Shown here: positions 21,312-30,528 of the stretch, in pieces
Numbering within the stretch: position 1 is the stretch's first letter
Layout: each line of letters opens with the position of its first letter
Origin: Candidatus Latescibacterota bacterium
GTDB taxonomy: Bacteria > Latescibacterota > UBA2968 > UBA8231
Direction: 5' to 3'
NCBI GenBank assembly: GCA_965217585.1
Contig: OZ244561.1
Span: 6,880,001-6,944,000, forward strand
DNA: 64,000 nt
Made by a program: the position numbers and the translations under genes
The notes under the pieces: generated by a model
Databases searched by the model: none
Seen by the model: the letters and a program-made list of their open reading frames with translations, nothing else
What the model was told of the DNA's origin: nothing

Positions 21312-23048
21312 TTACCGCCCCTTGCTCCACGATCGCATGATCCGCGGTGCCCCGTACCACGCATGGCAGCCGAAACCCTTGGGCGGATCGACCGGATCGG
21401 GTATCAGCCTTTCTTCGCGGCAGGCGACGATCAGTTGCCTACACGCCGTAACGAAGCCCAAAAAGCCCAGATAGTGAGGCTGTCCCAGCAAGTGTGAAAA
21501 CTCCAACTCATCTACCTTCTCGGCAAAAGCCGTTATCGCACCGTCGAGCGCGTTGCAGGCGAGTTCGGCGCAGATCGCATCGACCGTTCCGATCAACCGC
21601 TCCTCGTCTGCTCCAGTCACAACCGGCATGCCCAACCGCCAGCGCCCGTCTTCTAACTGAACTAAATAGCCCTCCTCGCTGTATTCCGCCAGTCTCGATC
21701 TCGCCCCCTCGTCCGCGTCGTCAAGCAAATCCTCCTCGCTTATAGGTCCCTCGCACAAGCGGCCGACAAATCGATCTAGATCTTCGAAGCGCAGAATCTT
21801 CCTATAATCGCCTCCGACCATAAGGCGAGGTTCCGCTACATTACCCATGCCCATATCGTCCCCTTCCGTCATCATCCCGGCAAACCAGAGAGAAGGCTCC
21901 TTTTCGGCACCGCAATTGCCTAGCAGATACCAAAAGTCCACCGGCCTGAGTGGATAGGTCAGAATGCGATGTTTACCCCAATTGGGCAGCGATGGCACTT
22001 GCCGCCCCAGACCACGCATGACAAGCCACTGCGGCAACGCGATCCAGGCCAGTTCCTCCCAAGTAAATCCCTGCCAGCCGCACAACGAAGTATGGCCTAG
22101 GGCCTCTCTTAGCTGCGGCAGGCGGCGCTTGAGAATGGCTATGCCCTCCCGCACCGAATGCACGCTCTCTTCCAGCGGCAAGGACTCTTGGCGCGCCATA
22201 AAAAGAAAGGCCGTCTGATAACGACCCGGAAAGGGCTCCTCCAGCATTTCTCCTTCCACTAAGCTCGGCACGATGTCCTGCACATAGGCCCTGTCGGCGT
22301 GCAACAGACGGGCTAGTTCCCCAACGCTTTTTGCACTCTTGCGGCAGAAGTAGAGCAAGCGCCTAGCCAGCAAGCTGTTCGTCTGCCGCAGCGGATGCAG
22401 CGGGTCATGCTGGTTTTCGCACGAGCCTAGGACCTCGATGTTAAGCGTCTCAGGTGTTTCCATTGGCATCGTCGTCTCGGGTGCCATGTTCTCCAACTCC
22501 TTTCTCAATCTTTTGCGCCCATAGAAGAGTCGGGCCTTCACCGCCCCCACCGAAAGTCCCATCTCCTCGGAGATCTCCATAATGGATTTGTCCTCTATAT
22601 GAAAGGCGGTGAAAATGCGGCGCGAAGAGTCCGACAGACTCTGCGTCGCTTCTGCGATGGCTGCCCCTATTTCACGCGATAGCAGCCGTTGCTCCGGCGT
22701 GCGTTCCCCCTCCACGACCATCGCGTACCGGGCGAGCAACTGATCCCGGCACTGCTGCTTATCGCACCGATCGAGCGCCAAGCGATACACCAGCGTGCGC
22801 AGCCAGGCGTGAAAAGCGGCCCCCGTCTGCAACTCGCCAAGCCGACTCCAAGCGCGGACAAAGGTCTCCTGCAACAGATCCTGCGCCTCATCGATCTCGC
22901 CGCCGCTCAAGGTGCAGACATAGGGCCACAGCTGTGCCGAATGCCGCTCGAAGAGCCGCGCAAAGGCCCATTCGTGGCCTTCCTGTGCGGCGGCCACCAA
23001 ATGGGCGTCATGTACCGTCTGGCCATGGATTAGCTGATATTCTCGCAT
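21312..23048 (-). CDS. ECF sigma-70 factor with long C-terminal extension
   Basis: Region 2 (AQDLLQETFVRAW..L...AAFHAWL) and region 4 (SIMEISEEMGLSVGAVKARLFYGRKRL) in the first ~190 aa, then ~390 extra aa. Confidence 0.85.
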   Translation of the reverse strand: MREYQLIHGQTVHDAHLVAAAQEGHEWAFARLFERHSAQLWPYVCTLSGGEIDEAQDLLQETFVRAWSRLGELQTGAAFHAWLRTLVYRLALDRCDKQQCRDQLLARYAMVVEGERTPEQRLLSREIGAAIAEATQSLSDSSRRIFTAFHIEDKSIMEISEEMGLSVGAVKARLFYGRKRLRKELENMAPETTMPMETPETLNIEVLGSCENQHDPLHPLRQTNSLLARRLLYFCRKSAKSVGELARLLHADRAYVQDIVPSLVEGEMLEEPFPGRYQTAFLFMARQESLPLEESVHSVREGIAILKRRLPQLREALGHTSLCGWQGFTWEELAWIALPQWLVMRGLGRQVPSLPNWGKHRILTYPLRPVDFWYLLGNCGAEKEPSLWFAGMMTEGDDMGMGNVAEPRLMVGGDYRKILRFEDLDRFVGRLCEGPISEEDLLDDADEGARSRLAEYSEEGYLVQLEDGRWRLGMPVVTGADEERLIGTVDAICAELACNALDGAITAFAEKVDELEFSHLLGQPHYLGFLGFVTACRQLIVACREERLIPDPVDPPKGFGCHAWYGAPRIMRSWSKGR

Positions 23049-23072
23049 CGCACTTTACGCCTTTCTATCTCC

Positions 23073-23101
23073 TAAGACGGGGCGAAGGCGTTAGAGGTTA
23101 T
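23073..23101 (-). promoter_or_regulatory. Putative autoregulatory ECF promoter
   Basis: Minus strand ATAACC-N16-CGTCTTA about 25 nt upstream of the sigma start; fits the general ECF AAC...CGTC pattern. Confidence 0.5.
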
Positions 23102-23361
23102 ATTGGGCGAGAAAATAATGGCAACAACGGGGGGTTCACCTTGCGGTGATGGGAGATTGATCTAACTGCAAGAAATTTTGACTACAATTTTAACAGACAC
23201 TTAAAAGCCGACAATTCCAGCGTCGGCACCTGTTCGATATGGCACGCGAAGCGCTCGTAAAATTGGGGCAGTTGTTGCAGTTGTCTTTCCAGAGCGGCTT
23301 ATCCGTTTATAGCCCCGCCACCGACCGGAGCCATTTCGCCGCAGTAGGGCAGCTAATTTTC

Positions 23362-24381
23362 TTACGGCGTCGGTGCAGCCTCTGGCAGCAGCCCTTCGGC
23401 CTTTAGCTCCGCCCACAGGGCCGACGGAATCTCCGCCTGCATCACGCGCGCGTTGTCCTCCAGCTCGGCCACCGACGCCGCGCCGGGCACCGCCGAAATC
23501 ACCGCCTCGTGCCCAAAGAGGAATTGCAATGCCGCCGCCCGCAGCTCAACGCCGTGCCGGTCGCAGACTGCCTTGAGCGCCTGGGCCTGTTGCACCAGAT
23601 GCGCAGGCGCGGGCTGGTAATCAAAAGAGACCGGCTGGCTCAAATCGCGGGCGAGGATACCGCTGTTGTACGGCCCGCCCATGGTCAGATTCACTCCGCG
23701 CTCTACGCACAGCGGCAAAAACTCGGGCAGCGCCGACTGGTCCAGCAGCGTGTAGCGCCCGGCCAGCAGGATATAGTCCAGATCAAAGCGCTCGACCATC
23801 CGCCCGGTGCGTTCCCACTCGTTCATGCCCATGCCGATGGCCTTGACCGTACCGGTCGCCCGCAATTCGACTGCGGCCTCTAGCGCTTCGATAAATTCCT
23901 CGTCCGTGTGCTGCCCTTTGAAGTCGCTGTCGTGGACGAAGAAAATGTCCACCGCCGCCAATCCCAGCCGTTCCAAGCTCGAATCGAGTGAGGCCCGCAA
24001 GCCCTCGGCGCTGAAATCGAAATCGTAGGTATAGTGCGGGATCCCGTCCTCGCTGTAGGGTGCCAAGTCGTCCGAGTTTTCAGGCCGCAACACCCGCGAT
24101 CCCTTGGTCGAGATGGCAAACGACGCACGCGGGAACTCGCCCAGCACCCGCCCGTAGCGCACCTCGCTGCGCCCGTCGCCGTACATCGGCGCGGTATCGA
24201 AATAGCGCACGCCCATTTCATAGGCCCGGCGGATGATGGCCAATGCCTCGTCGTAGCCGCTGCCCTCAAAAATCCCGTCGGCCAGAATCATCCCGCCCAA
24301 CGGCGCGCCGCCCAACCCCAGCCGCGTCACCTCCACGCCTGTATCCCCAATCGCTACTTTTTCAAAAGGGTCCATACTCAC
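23362..24381 (-). CDS. Aldo/keto reductase (aldose 1-dehydrogenase-like)
   Basis: LGLGGAPLG, YFDTAPMYG, SLERLGL...HD, LLAGRYTLLDQ, GGPYNSGILA. Confidence 0.88.
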   Translation of the reverse strand: MSMDPFEKVAIGDTGVEVTRLGLGGAPLGGMILADGIFEGSGYDEALAIIRRAYEMGVRYFDTAPMYGDGRSEVRYGRVLGEFPRASFAISTKGSRVLRPENSDDLAPYSEDGIPHYTYDFDFSAEGLRASLDSSLERLGLAAVDIFFVHDSDFKGQHTDEEFIEALEAAVELRATGTVKAIGMGMNEWERTGRMVERFDLDYILLAGRYTLLDQSALPEFLPLCVERGVNLTMGGPYNSGILARDLSQPVSFDYQPAPAHLVQQAQALKAVCDRHGVELRAAALQFLFGHEAVISAVPGAASVAELEDNARVMQAEIPSALWAELKAEGLLPEAAPTP

Positions 24382-25274
24382 TCCAGTCCGTAGAGCCGCT
24401 CGGCATTGCCGGCGAGCAATTTAGCCTGCTCTTCCTCCGGCCGCCCGGAGACGGTCTCCCGCAGTGCGGCCACCCACGCGCCCAAACTCGCCCCGAAGTT
24501 GCACACCGGCCAATCGCCGCCGAACACCACCCGGTCCGGCCCAAAGCTGTCCAAGCAGTGATTGACCGTCGGCACCAGCGTGTCGGCGCTCCACCCTGCG
24601 GGTGCCCGGGCGATGATCCCGGATACTTTGCAGACTACGTGCTCCCGCTCGGCCAAAGCCGCCATGTCGCGCTGCCATTGCTCTTTGGTATGGCTAAACG
24701 GGTTGGCCGGATCGTGCTCAGCCGCGCCGTTGACGATCTGCGGGTCGGCGTTGCCGCAGTGATCGACGATAAAGAGCGTGTCCGGACACTGATCCACCAA
24801 GCCGACTGCGTCTCCCAGCTCGCTCGGCCGCAGGCACAGATCGAAGCTCATGCCGATCTCGCCTAGGTACTGCACGTCGCGGACGAAACGCTCTTGCAGA
24901 CAACGGCCCGGCTCGGCGTCGGGCACGTGCAACACCAGCCGCACGCCCTTAATGAAATCATTGCCCTTAAAGCGATCGATATAGGCGCGGAAACCCTCCT
25001 CCCCCGGACTGCCTCCGATCACCGCCCCGGCCATTGGATTGTCGTCGGCCCTACACAGGCCGGCCACAAACTCCGCTTCCGCAATGTGCTGCTCAGCGGC
25101 GACATCGACTTCCATATAGACGGTGCGGGCAATGTCGGCTCCTGCGGCCGCCGCCAAGTAATCGCTCATCAAGTAATTTTTCCGCAGCGGCTCCATTCCC
25201 TCGCCCTCCAACCACGGCAGCGCAAACTGCGCCAAATCCCACATGTGTTGATGCGTATCGATGATGGGTAGCAT
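24378..25274 (-). CDS. Amidohydrolase family protein (sugar lactonase-like, Amidohydro_2)
   Basis: IIDTHQHMWD, IVDHCG, CKVSG, FGPDRVVFGGDWPVC, NAERLY. Confidence 0.88.
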   Translation of the reverse strand: MLPIIDTHQHMWDLAQFALPWLEGEGMEPLRKNYLMSDYLAAAAGADIARTVYMEVDVAAEQHIAEAEFVAGLCRADDNPMAGAVIGGSPGEEGFRAYIDRFKGNDFIKGVRLVLHVPDAEPGRCLQERFVRDVQYLGEIGMSFDLCLRPSELGDAVGLVDQCPDTLFIVDHCGNADPQIVNGAAEHDPANPFSHTKEQWQRDMAALAEREHVVCKVSGIIARAPAGWSADTLVPTVNHCLDSFGPDRVVFGGDWPVCNFGASLGAWVAALRETVSGRPEEEQAKLLAGNAERLYGLE

Positions 25275-25331
25275 AGGCTATCCTTTTCTTGAATTGATTG
25301 TTTCCCGTTGCCGATAATCTAGTCTCAGCCG

Positions 25332-26084
25332 CTAGCTACGTAGGCCTAGCTTACCCCTTGCCACCCTCCGATTGTCGTAGGCAGCGGCATTGTCTGGCTT
25401 TAGACGAATCGCTGCCTCAAAGTCGGCAAGGGCGGCTTCATGCAAGCCTAACCTGCCTTTGGTCACCCCCCGGTTGTTGTACGCTACGGCATTGTCTGGC
25501 TTTAGACGGATCGCTTGGTCGCAGTCGGCAAGGGCGGCTTCATGCAAGCCCAAACTGTCCTTGATCACCCCCCGGTTGTTGTACGCGGCGGCATAGTCTG
25601 GCTCTAGACGGATCGCTTGGTCGTAGTCAGCAATCGCAGCTTCACGCAAGCCCAGTATGCCCTTGGCCACCCCTCGATTGTAGTACGCAGCAGCATTGTC
25701 TGGCTTTAGACGGATCGCTTGGTCGTAGTCAGCAATCGCAGCTTCATGCAAGCCTAGATCGGCCTTGGCTACCCCCCGGTTGTAGTACGCAGCGACATTG
25801 TCTGGCTCTAGACGGATCGCTTGGTCGTAGTCAGCAATCGCAGCTTCACGCAAGCCCAGTATGCCCTTGGCCACCCCTCGATTGTAGTACGCAGCAGCAT
25901 TGTCTGGCTTTAGACGGATCGCTTGGTCGTAGTCAGCAATCGCAGCTTCATGCAAGCCCAGTATGCCCCTTGCCGTCCCCCGATTGTAGTACGCAGCAGC
26001 ATTGTCTGGCTCTAGACGAATTGCCTCGTTATATGCGGAAATTGCTTCTCGGGTGTTCGATGCTTCCACTTCAGATAAGGTCAT
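25332..26084 (-). CDS. Tetratricopeptide repeat protein (probably C-terminal half of a split gene)
   Basis: About 7 34-aa repeats PDNAAAYYNRG....LGL.EAAIADYDQAIRL. Confidence 0.85.
   Translation of the reverse strand: MTLSEVEASNTREAISAYNEAIRLEPDNAAAYYNRGTARGILGLHEAAIADYDQAIRLKPDNAAAYYNRGVAKGILGLREAAIADYDQAIRLEPDNVAAYYNRGVAKADLGLHEAAIADYDQAIRLKPDNAAAYYNRGVAKGILGLREAAIADYDQAIRLEPDYAAAYNNRGVIKDSLGLHEAALADCDQAIRLKPDNAVAYNNRGVTKGRLGLHEAALADFEAAIRLKPDNAAAYDNRRVARGKLGLRS
25335..26030 (-). repeat. Tandem 102-bp near-identical coding repeats (TPR array)
   Basis: cat(t/a)gtctggc recurs at 25388, 25490, 25592, 25694, 25796, 25898 and 26000 (period 102). Confidence 0.95.
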
Positions 26085-26881
26085 TTTGTTCCCCCTTCTT
26101 CAGTCTCTTGCTCACCTTTCTCCCGAAAGAGATATCCAACGGAAATCCAAGCATGAGCAGCAAGTTCGCTGTCGGTCTCTTCCGCAGTGTTGGCGATGGA
26201 ACGCCACTTCTCAATAGCTGCCTCAATGTTTCCTGCCCTCTGTAGCGAGTAAGCCTCGGCGATATCCTCGTCCAATGGGGACGCTTCGGGACTCTCTCCG
26301 ACTTCTACTACTACTTCTTCAGTTTCTCTAGTTCCTTCGAGCCTGTCCCCTCCTTGGGTAGCTTGCGCTTGCTCCTCAACTGCTTTGGCATTCTCCATCG
26401 TCTCATTAAGGTATTTCTCCGACTGCTCAGCAAGCCCGCTAACTCGCCCGTGCTCCTTCTCAATCGCCTTAACACTCTTCCGCGCATCGTCTCTAAGCGT
26501 ACGAAACTCTTTGTACCCTATGAAACCACCAATTGCGATTACAAGTCCCCATAATGTGAAGAGTACGGCCATAGTAGCCAGCCACCAGGTGATGGACTCC
26601 GCCCGGGCGTCGAGAAGTTCACTCCTGAGATCGTTGAACCGACTTTGGATTTCGATCTCAGTGACCGCGTCGATCTTGGTGGTGCTGTCCGCTGGGGCCT
26701 CGACGCGGCGTTGGATTTCCGGCGCATTATCCAACGTGTCCGTTTGCGCTATGGCAGGCGGTTCCGGCGTCTGCGCGGCAAGGGGGTCAACCGCCGCCAA
26801 CGATATAGCGGCCATGAGCACACACCATGTAGTAGAGCGCACCGTGGGTCTTTTTCTTGTCATATTGGTCTCTTGATGCAC
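26081..26881 (-). CDS. Signal-peptide/TM/coiled-coil protein ending in a TPR helix A (N-terminal half of TPR protein)
   Basis: Signal peptide, one TM (WWLATMAVLFTLWGLVIAIGGFIGY), coiled coil, AIEKWRSIA...AHAWISVGYLFREKG. ATGA overlap with the TPR ORF. Confidence 0.75.
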   Translation of the reverse strand: MHQETNMTRKRPTVRSTTWCVLMAAISLAAVDPLAAQTPEPPAIAQTDTLDNAPEIQRRVEAPADSTTKIDAVTEIEIQSRFNDLRSELLDARAESITWWLATMAVLFTLWGLVIAIGGFIGYKEFRTLRDDARKSVKAIEKEHGRVSGLAEQSEKYLNETMENAKAVEEQAQATQGGDRLEGTRETEEVVVEVGESPEASPLDEDIAEAYSLQRAGNIEAAIEKWRSIANTAEETDSELAAHAWISVGYLFREKGEQETEEGGTK

Positions 26882-27013
26882 GACGCCAGATTTAGTTCTG
26901 CATCGCCCGGCTTAACTGACCTGACTATACCGAGGTATTTAAACCCTCACAACAGGGATTTGGGGATCGTGATATAGAGCCTCATTCGTCTTTCGACGCC
27001 CTCATCTTCTATA

Positions 27014-28114
27014 CTAGCCATCAACGCCCTCAACTCTACACTCATACACCTGCGCCCATCCACTCCGATCCGACGCAAAGACCACGTAGCGTCCATCCGG
27101 CGAAAAATTCGGGTGCGGATGCGTGTGCTGCGGCGCGTAGACCTCGACCGGGCCGTCGTCGTACGGGCAGTGGTCAATATTCCAATGTTTACCCTCGTTG
27201 CTCGACTGCGACAGGCAGAGCAATTGCGGCGCGCCAACGCCGTCGTTGGGGTCAAACACCTGCAACCCGCTATCGGGAAACGTCGTATCCGCCACCATCC
27301 GCGCGCCGTCCCGGCTGACCATCGGATGCCAAGCGTTGAACGAGCACACCGGGCGCACGGCCCCGCTATCGACATCGACGCCGATAACCCCGTGCGGCCA
27401 GCGCGTCGTCAGCAGCTCCCGCTTATGCGGATGCCAGGTCTCGTGGACGATCCACTCGTTGCCCTCGCGCGCGTACGCCAGCCGATGGTCGCTGCCATCC
27501 CGATTTACCACCCACATCCGCTCGTAGTACGGCCCGGCGTAGCGCAACAGCGAACTGTCATTCGGATGAAACTCTGGATGGCCAATCGAATCCCGTTCCA
27601 CAATCACCTCACTCTCACCACTACAGGTATCGATCACCACCAAGCGCGCCACAGCACCCATCTTCACCGGCACCGCCCACCACGCATCGTCGTAACTGAG
27701 CGCCGTCGTCCCCATCGCTGCTGCGACCATGCCTTTCTCGCGCATGGCCTCGGTGGCAAAAGAAGCCAATTGCTCTTCCTCGCAGGTCTCGGTATCCACC
27801 CGCCAAGCCCCTTGCCCGTCGGTGAAATAGACATAGCGGCCATCGTGCGACGGCGCGATCGAAAACTCGGCCAGCCCCTCGTGCTCAGTTAGCTGCAACA
27901 ACTGCCCGGAATCGCGCAATTCCAGAAAAAGTTCCGCGCGGCCCGTGCGGTGCGAGACAAACACCAGATGCCGCATCGCGTCGTCGTACGCGGGGATATA
28001 ATAGAACGGATGGTGGTGAATGGACGCGTGCGCCGTAATCTGGCGGACTTCAGCACCCGTCTGTGCGTCGCGCAGACTCCGCGACTCGGGCGGATAAAGC
28101 GTGCCCCGTCCCAC
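27014..28114 (-). CDS. Oligogalacturonate lyase family / TolB-like beta-propeller protein
   Basis: DAQTGAEVRQIT, HHPFYY, FVSHRTG, GHPEFHP, HETW, HPHPNFSPDG..VVFASD. Confidence 0.8.
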   Translation of the reverse strand: MGRGTLYPPESRSLRDAQTGAEVRQITAHASIHHHPFYYIPAYDDAMRHLVFVSHRTGRAELFLELRDSGQLLQLTEHEGLAEFSIAPSHDGRYVYFTDGQGAWRVDTETCEEEQLASFATEAMREKGMVAAAMGTTALSYDDAWWAVPVKMGAVARLVVIDTCSGESEVIVERDSIGHPEFHPNDSSLLRYAGPYYERMWVVNRDGSDHRLAYAREGNEWIVHETWHPHKRELLTTRWPHGVIGVDVDSGAVRPVCSFNAWHPMVSRDGARMVADTTFPDSGLQVFDPNDGVGAPQLLCLSQSSNEGKHWNIDHCPYDDGPVEVYAPQHTHPHPNFSPDGRYVVFASDRSGWAQVYECRVEGVDG

Positions 28115-28116
28115 GG

Positions 28117-29397
28117 TCAGGGCTGGGCGTAGTTGACCGACATCATGCCCTCTACATCCATCGGATCGACGCCGTACTGTTTGGTGAGGCTCTGGTGCAT
28201 CGGAGCGTCCGCGGCCGCCTCGTCGGCCAATGGCAGGGCTACCCGCTGCCCCTCGTTCTGCGCCGACAAATCGCAGGCCATATTCATCACCAGTGACATC
28301 AACGCGTCTTCGTCGTCGAACTCGCTCTGCTGCACCCCTCGCACGGCGAGCGCGAAGTCGGCAATGTGGCTCATGGCCGACGCGCCGTAGTCCTTGCGCA
28401 GATTCGAATACGCATTGGTGCGGAAGGGATTTTCGTATTCGATCCGGCCCGTGCTGGTGTCGGCATAGCTCCGGGTCCAGCTATAGCCGTCGTCCTCGTC
28501 GATGACGTCAATGATCTCGTCGGCAATCGAGCGAATCGTCTCCACCCCGTGCTCAGGGTCCACCCCAGCGTCCGAACAGCGCCGAAGCTGCATCTTGGCG
28601 AGCGTAAAGCCCCCTTTGCTTGCTCCCACTCCCGGATCCTGCGCCCGGTAGAGCATCGTCCCCCGCTCGCCCTGCCATTCGGTGTACCCAGGCCGCGGAT
28701 GTCGCCCCAACCAGCCTTTGCCATTGGCGAGCTGATCGGCGACCATCTCGCCATCGGCAAAACCGAAGTAATGCGCCGTGAAGTGCTCGCCACTGTGAAA
28801 GCGGTGTGGCATTGAGCGGAAGGACGGCGTCTCCATAGAATGCCCAATGGCCTGCGCCCACACGGGATGCCCCAAAAAGCGCACCCAGCGCGAGTTGTTG
28901 TGATACCCGGTGTGGTCGGCGTAGCTGAAGATGCGGCCAATGCGGCCGATAAATCCGCTGTCTTTCACCGTCAGGGCGAAGCGGTCGCAGGCAAAGCGGA
29001 AGAAGTTTTCCGCCACGCGCACCACCACCCCCTGTTCGCGCGCCACCCGGATCATCTCCCGCGCCTGGGCTATCAAGCTGCACCAAGAGGTCTCGCACAT
29101 GTTGTGCATGCCGTGGCTCGACAGGTATATCGAATACGCGTAGTGCGACTGCACCGGCGTGACGACCAATGCCGCCTCGGCAATTCCGTCCTTGACCAAC
29201 TCGCTGACGTCGTAATAAGCCCGCGCACCGAGGGCTGCGGCCGCCCGGTCGCAATGCTCCTGGACCGGATCGACGCAGGCCACCACCTCGACCCAGTCTT
29301 TAAGCGCCGGCAACAAGGGTTGATAAATAGTGCTGGCGCGATTGCCCGTGCCGATCAGGGCGACTTTTACCGGATCATCCAACTTGGGAACTTCCAT
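28117..29397 (-). CDS. Gfo/Idh/MocA family oxidoreductase
   Basis: KVALIGTGNRA, VVTPVQSH, CET, VAENF. Start reset to MEVPK at 29397. Confidence 0.82.
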   Translation of the reverse strand: MEVPKLDDPVKVALIGTGNRASTIYQPLLPALKDWVEVVACVDPVQEHCDRAAAALGARAYYDVSELVKDGIAEAALVVTPVQSHYAYSIYLSSHGMHNMCETSWCSLIAQAREMIRVAREQGVVVRVAENFFRFACDRFALTVKDSGFIGRIGRIFSYADHTGYHNNSRWVRFLGHPVWAQAIGHSMETPSFRSMPHRFHSGEHFTAHYFGFADGEMVADQLANGKGWLGRHPRPGYTEWQGERGTMLYRAQDPGVGASKGGFTLAKMQLRRCSDAGVDPEHGVETIRSIADEIIDVIDEDDGYSWTRSYADTSTGRIEYENPFRTNAYSNLRKDYGASAMSHIADFALAVRGVQQSEFDDEDALMSLVMNMACDLSAQNEGQRVALPLADEAAADAPMHQSLTKQYGVDPMDVEGMMSVNYAQP

Positions 29398-29411
29398 GAC
29401 AGACCTTCTCT

Positions 29412-30371
29412 TTATTTTCGGACGCACTCGTAGCCGAGTGCCTCTAACCCCTGCCGAATGCCTGCGATCTCCGCCGGTGCCAAGTCCCGCAGGGGCCGCC
29501 GCATCTTCGGCGAGGGGAACTTGCCCAGCAGCCAACGGGCGCACTTCATGCGCTGATGCGCGCTCGACGACGGCTCGCCAAAAGCATAGACGATGCGATT
29601 GAGCGGCTCGACCTTTTTCTGCACTTCTTTCGCCCCGGCCAAATCCCCGTCCAACGCCCGCTGCACCAGCTCGACGATCAGCTCGGGCACAAAACCGGCA
29701 AAGCCGACTAGCGCCCCATCGGCCGCCTCCAGCAAGCTGGGCAGCAAGAATTCATCGTGGCAAGTGATAATCGGCACATCCGCGTTGACCTTTTTCAACT
29801 CTTGGTAGTCGTAGAGCCAGCGGCTCATATCGCGGGTGCCCATCTTGATGCACTTGACTCGGGGAATCTGCACCAGCGCCTTCATCTCGTCGAGCGTATA
29901 GCCGGCCTTGGTCCACGCCGGATACTGATGCACCACAATATCGATCCCGGCCGAAGCCACATCCTCAAAAAAGCCCACCGCGGTCTGGCTCGATCGGCCG
30001 AAGCGCAACCAGTGGTGCGGCGGCATCAACAAGATCGCATCGGCCCCGGCTTCCTTGGCCGCCAGCGCGTGGTCAATCCCCTCCAAGCTGCCCTCGACCG
30101 ACACGCCCGAGATCGTCTTCACCGCGCGCCCAGAAGCCTTGACCGTCTCGGCCACAAGCTGCGTCACCCGATTGCGCTCGGCCGGACGCAGCGACATGAT
30201 CTCGCCGGTATGGCCATTGCAGGTCAAGCCATCGACGCCATCGACCGCGGCTAATTCGGCGATATAGTCCCGCAGCCCTTCTTCGTCAATCGACTCGTCG
30301 GCGTGGAAGGGGCACAACGTCGCGGGAAACACACCCGCATAGGGGTGATCCCGCCAACTAGTAGCAGGCAT
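29412..30371 (-). CDS. Dihydrodipicolinate synthase family aldolase/dehydratase
   Basis: GVFPATLCPF, NGHTGE, AGADAILLMPP, Schiff-base Lys in CIKMG, GALVG. Confidence 0.88.
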   Translation of the reverse strand: MPATSWRDHPYAGVFPATLCPFHADESIDEEGLRDYIAELAAVDGVDGLTCNGHTGEIMSLRPAERNRVTQLVAETVKASGRAVKTISGVSVEGSLEGIDHALAAKEAGADAILLMPPHHWLRFGRSSQTAVGFFEDVASAGIDIVVHQYPAWTKAGYTLDEMKALVQIPRVKCIKMGTRDMSRWLYDYQELKKVNADVPIITCHDEFLLPSLLEAADGALVGFAGFVPELIVELVQRALDGDLAGAKEVQKKVEPLNRIVYAFGEPSSSAHQRMKCARWLLGKFPSPKMRRPLRDLAPAEIAGIRQGLEALGYECVRK

Positions 30372-30528
30372 AGGCCATTCCTTTAGCTAGGTGAGGCCGG
30401 GAATTAAGGGAGGAGCACTTGGTCCGTCAAGCGAGACCGCACTTGCGCCGGGGCGTCGGCCTTGACACCTCCGCTACCCTATTCGACACTACCTGCCTCA
30501 TATCACCCCACACCAAGGAAACCCACCC

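Noticed and set aside
25335-26030. CRISPR array or diversity-generating retroelement reading of the 102-bp repeats
   Set aside because: Repeats are contiguous in-frame TPR codons without unique spacers; no cas or reverse transcriptase genes; differences are not confined to adenines.
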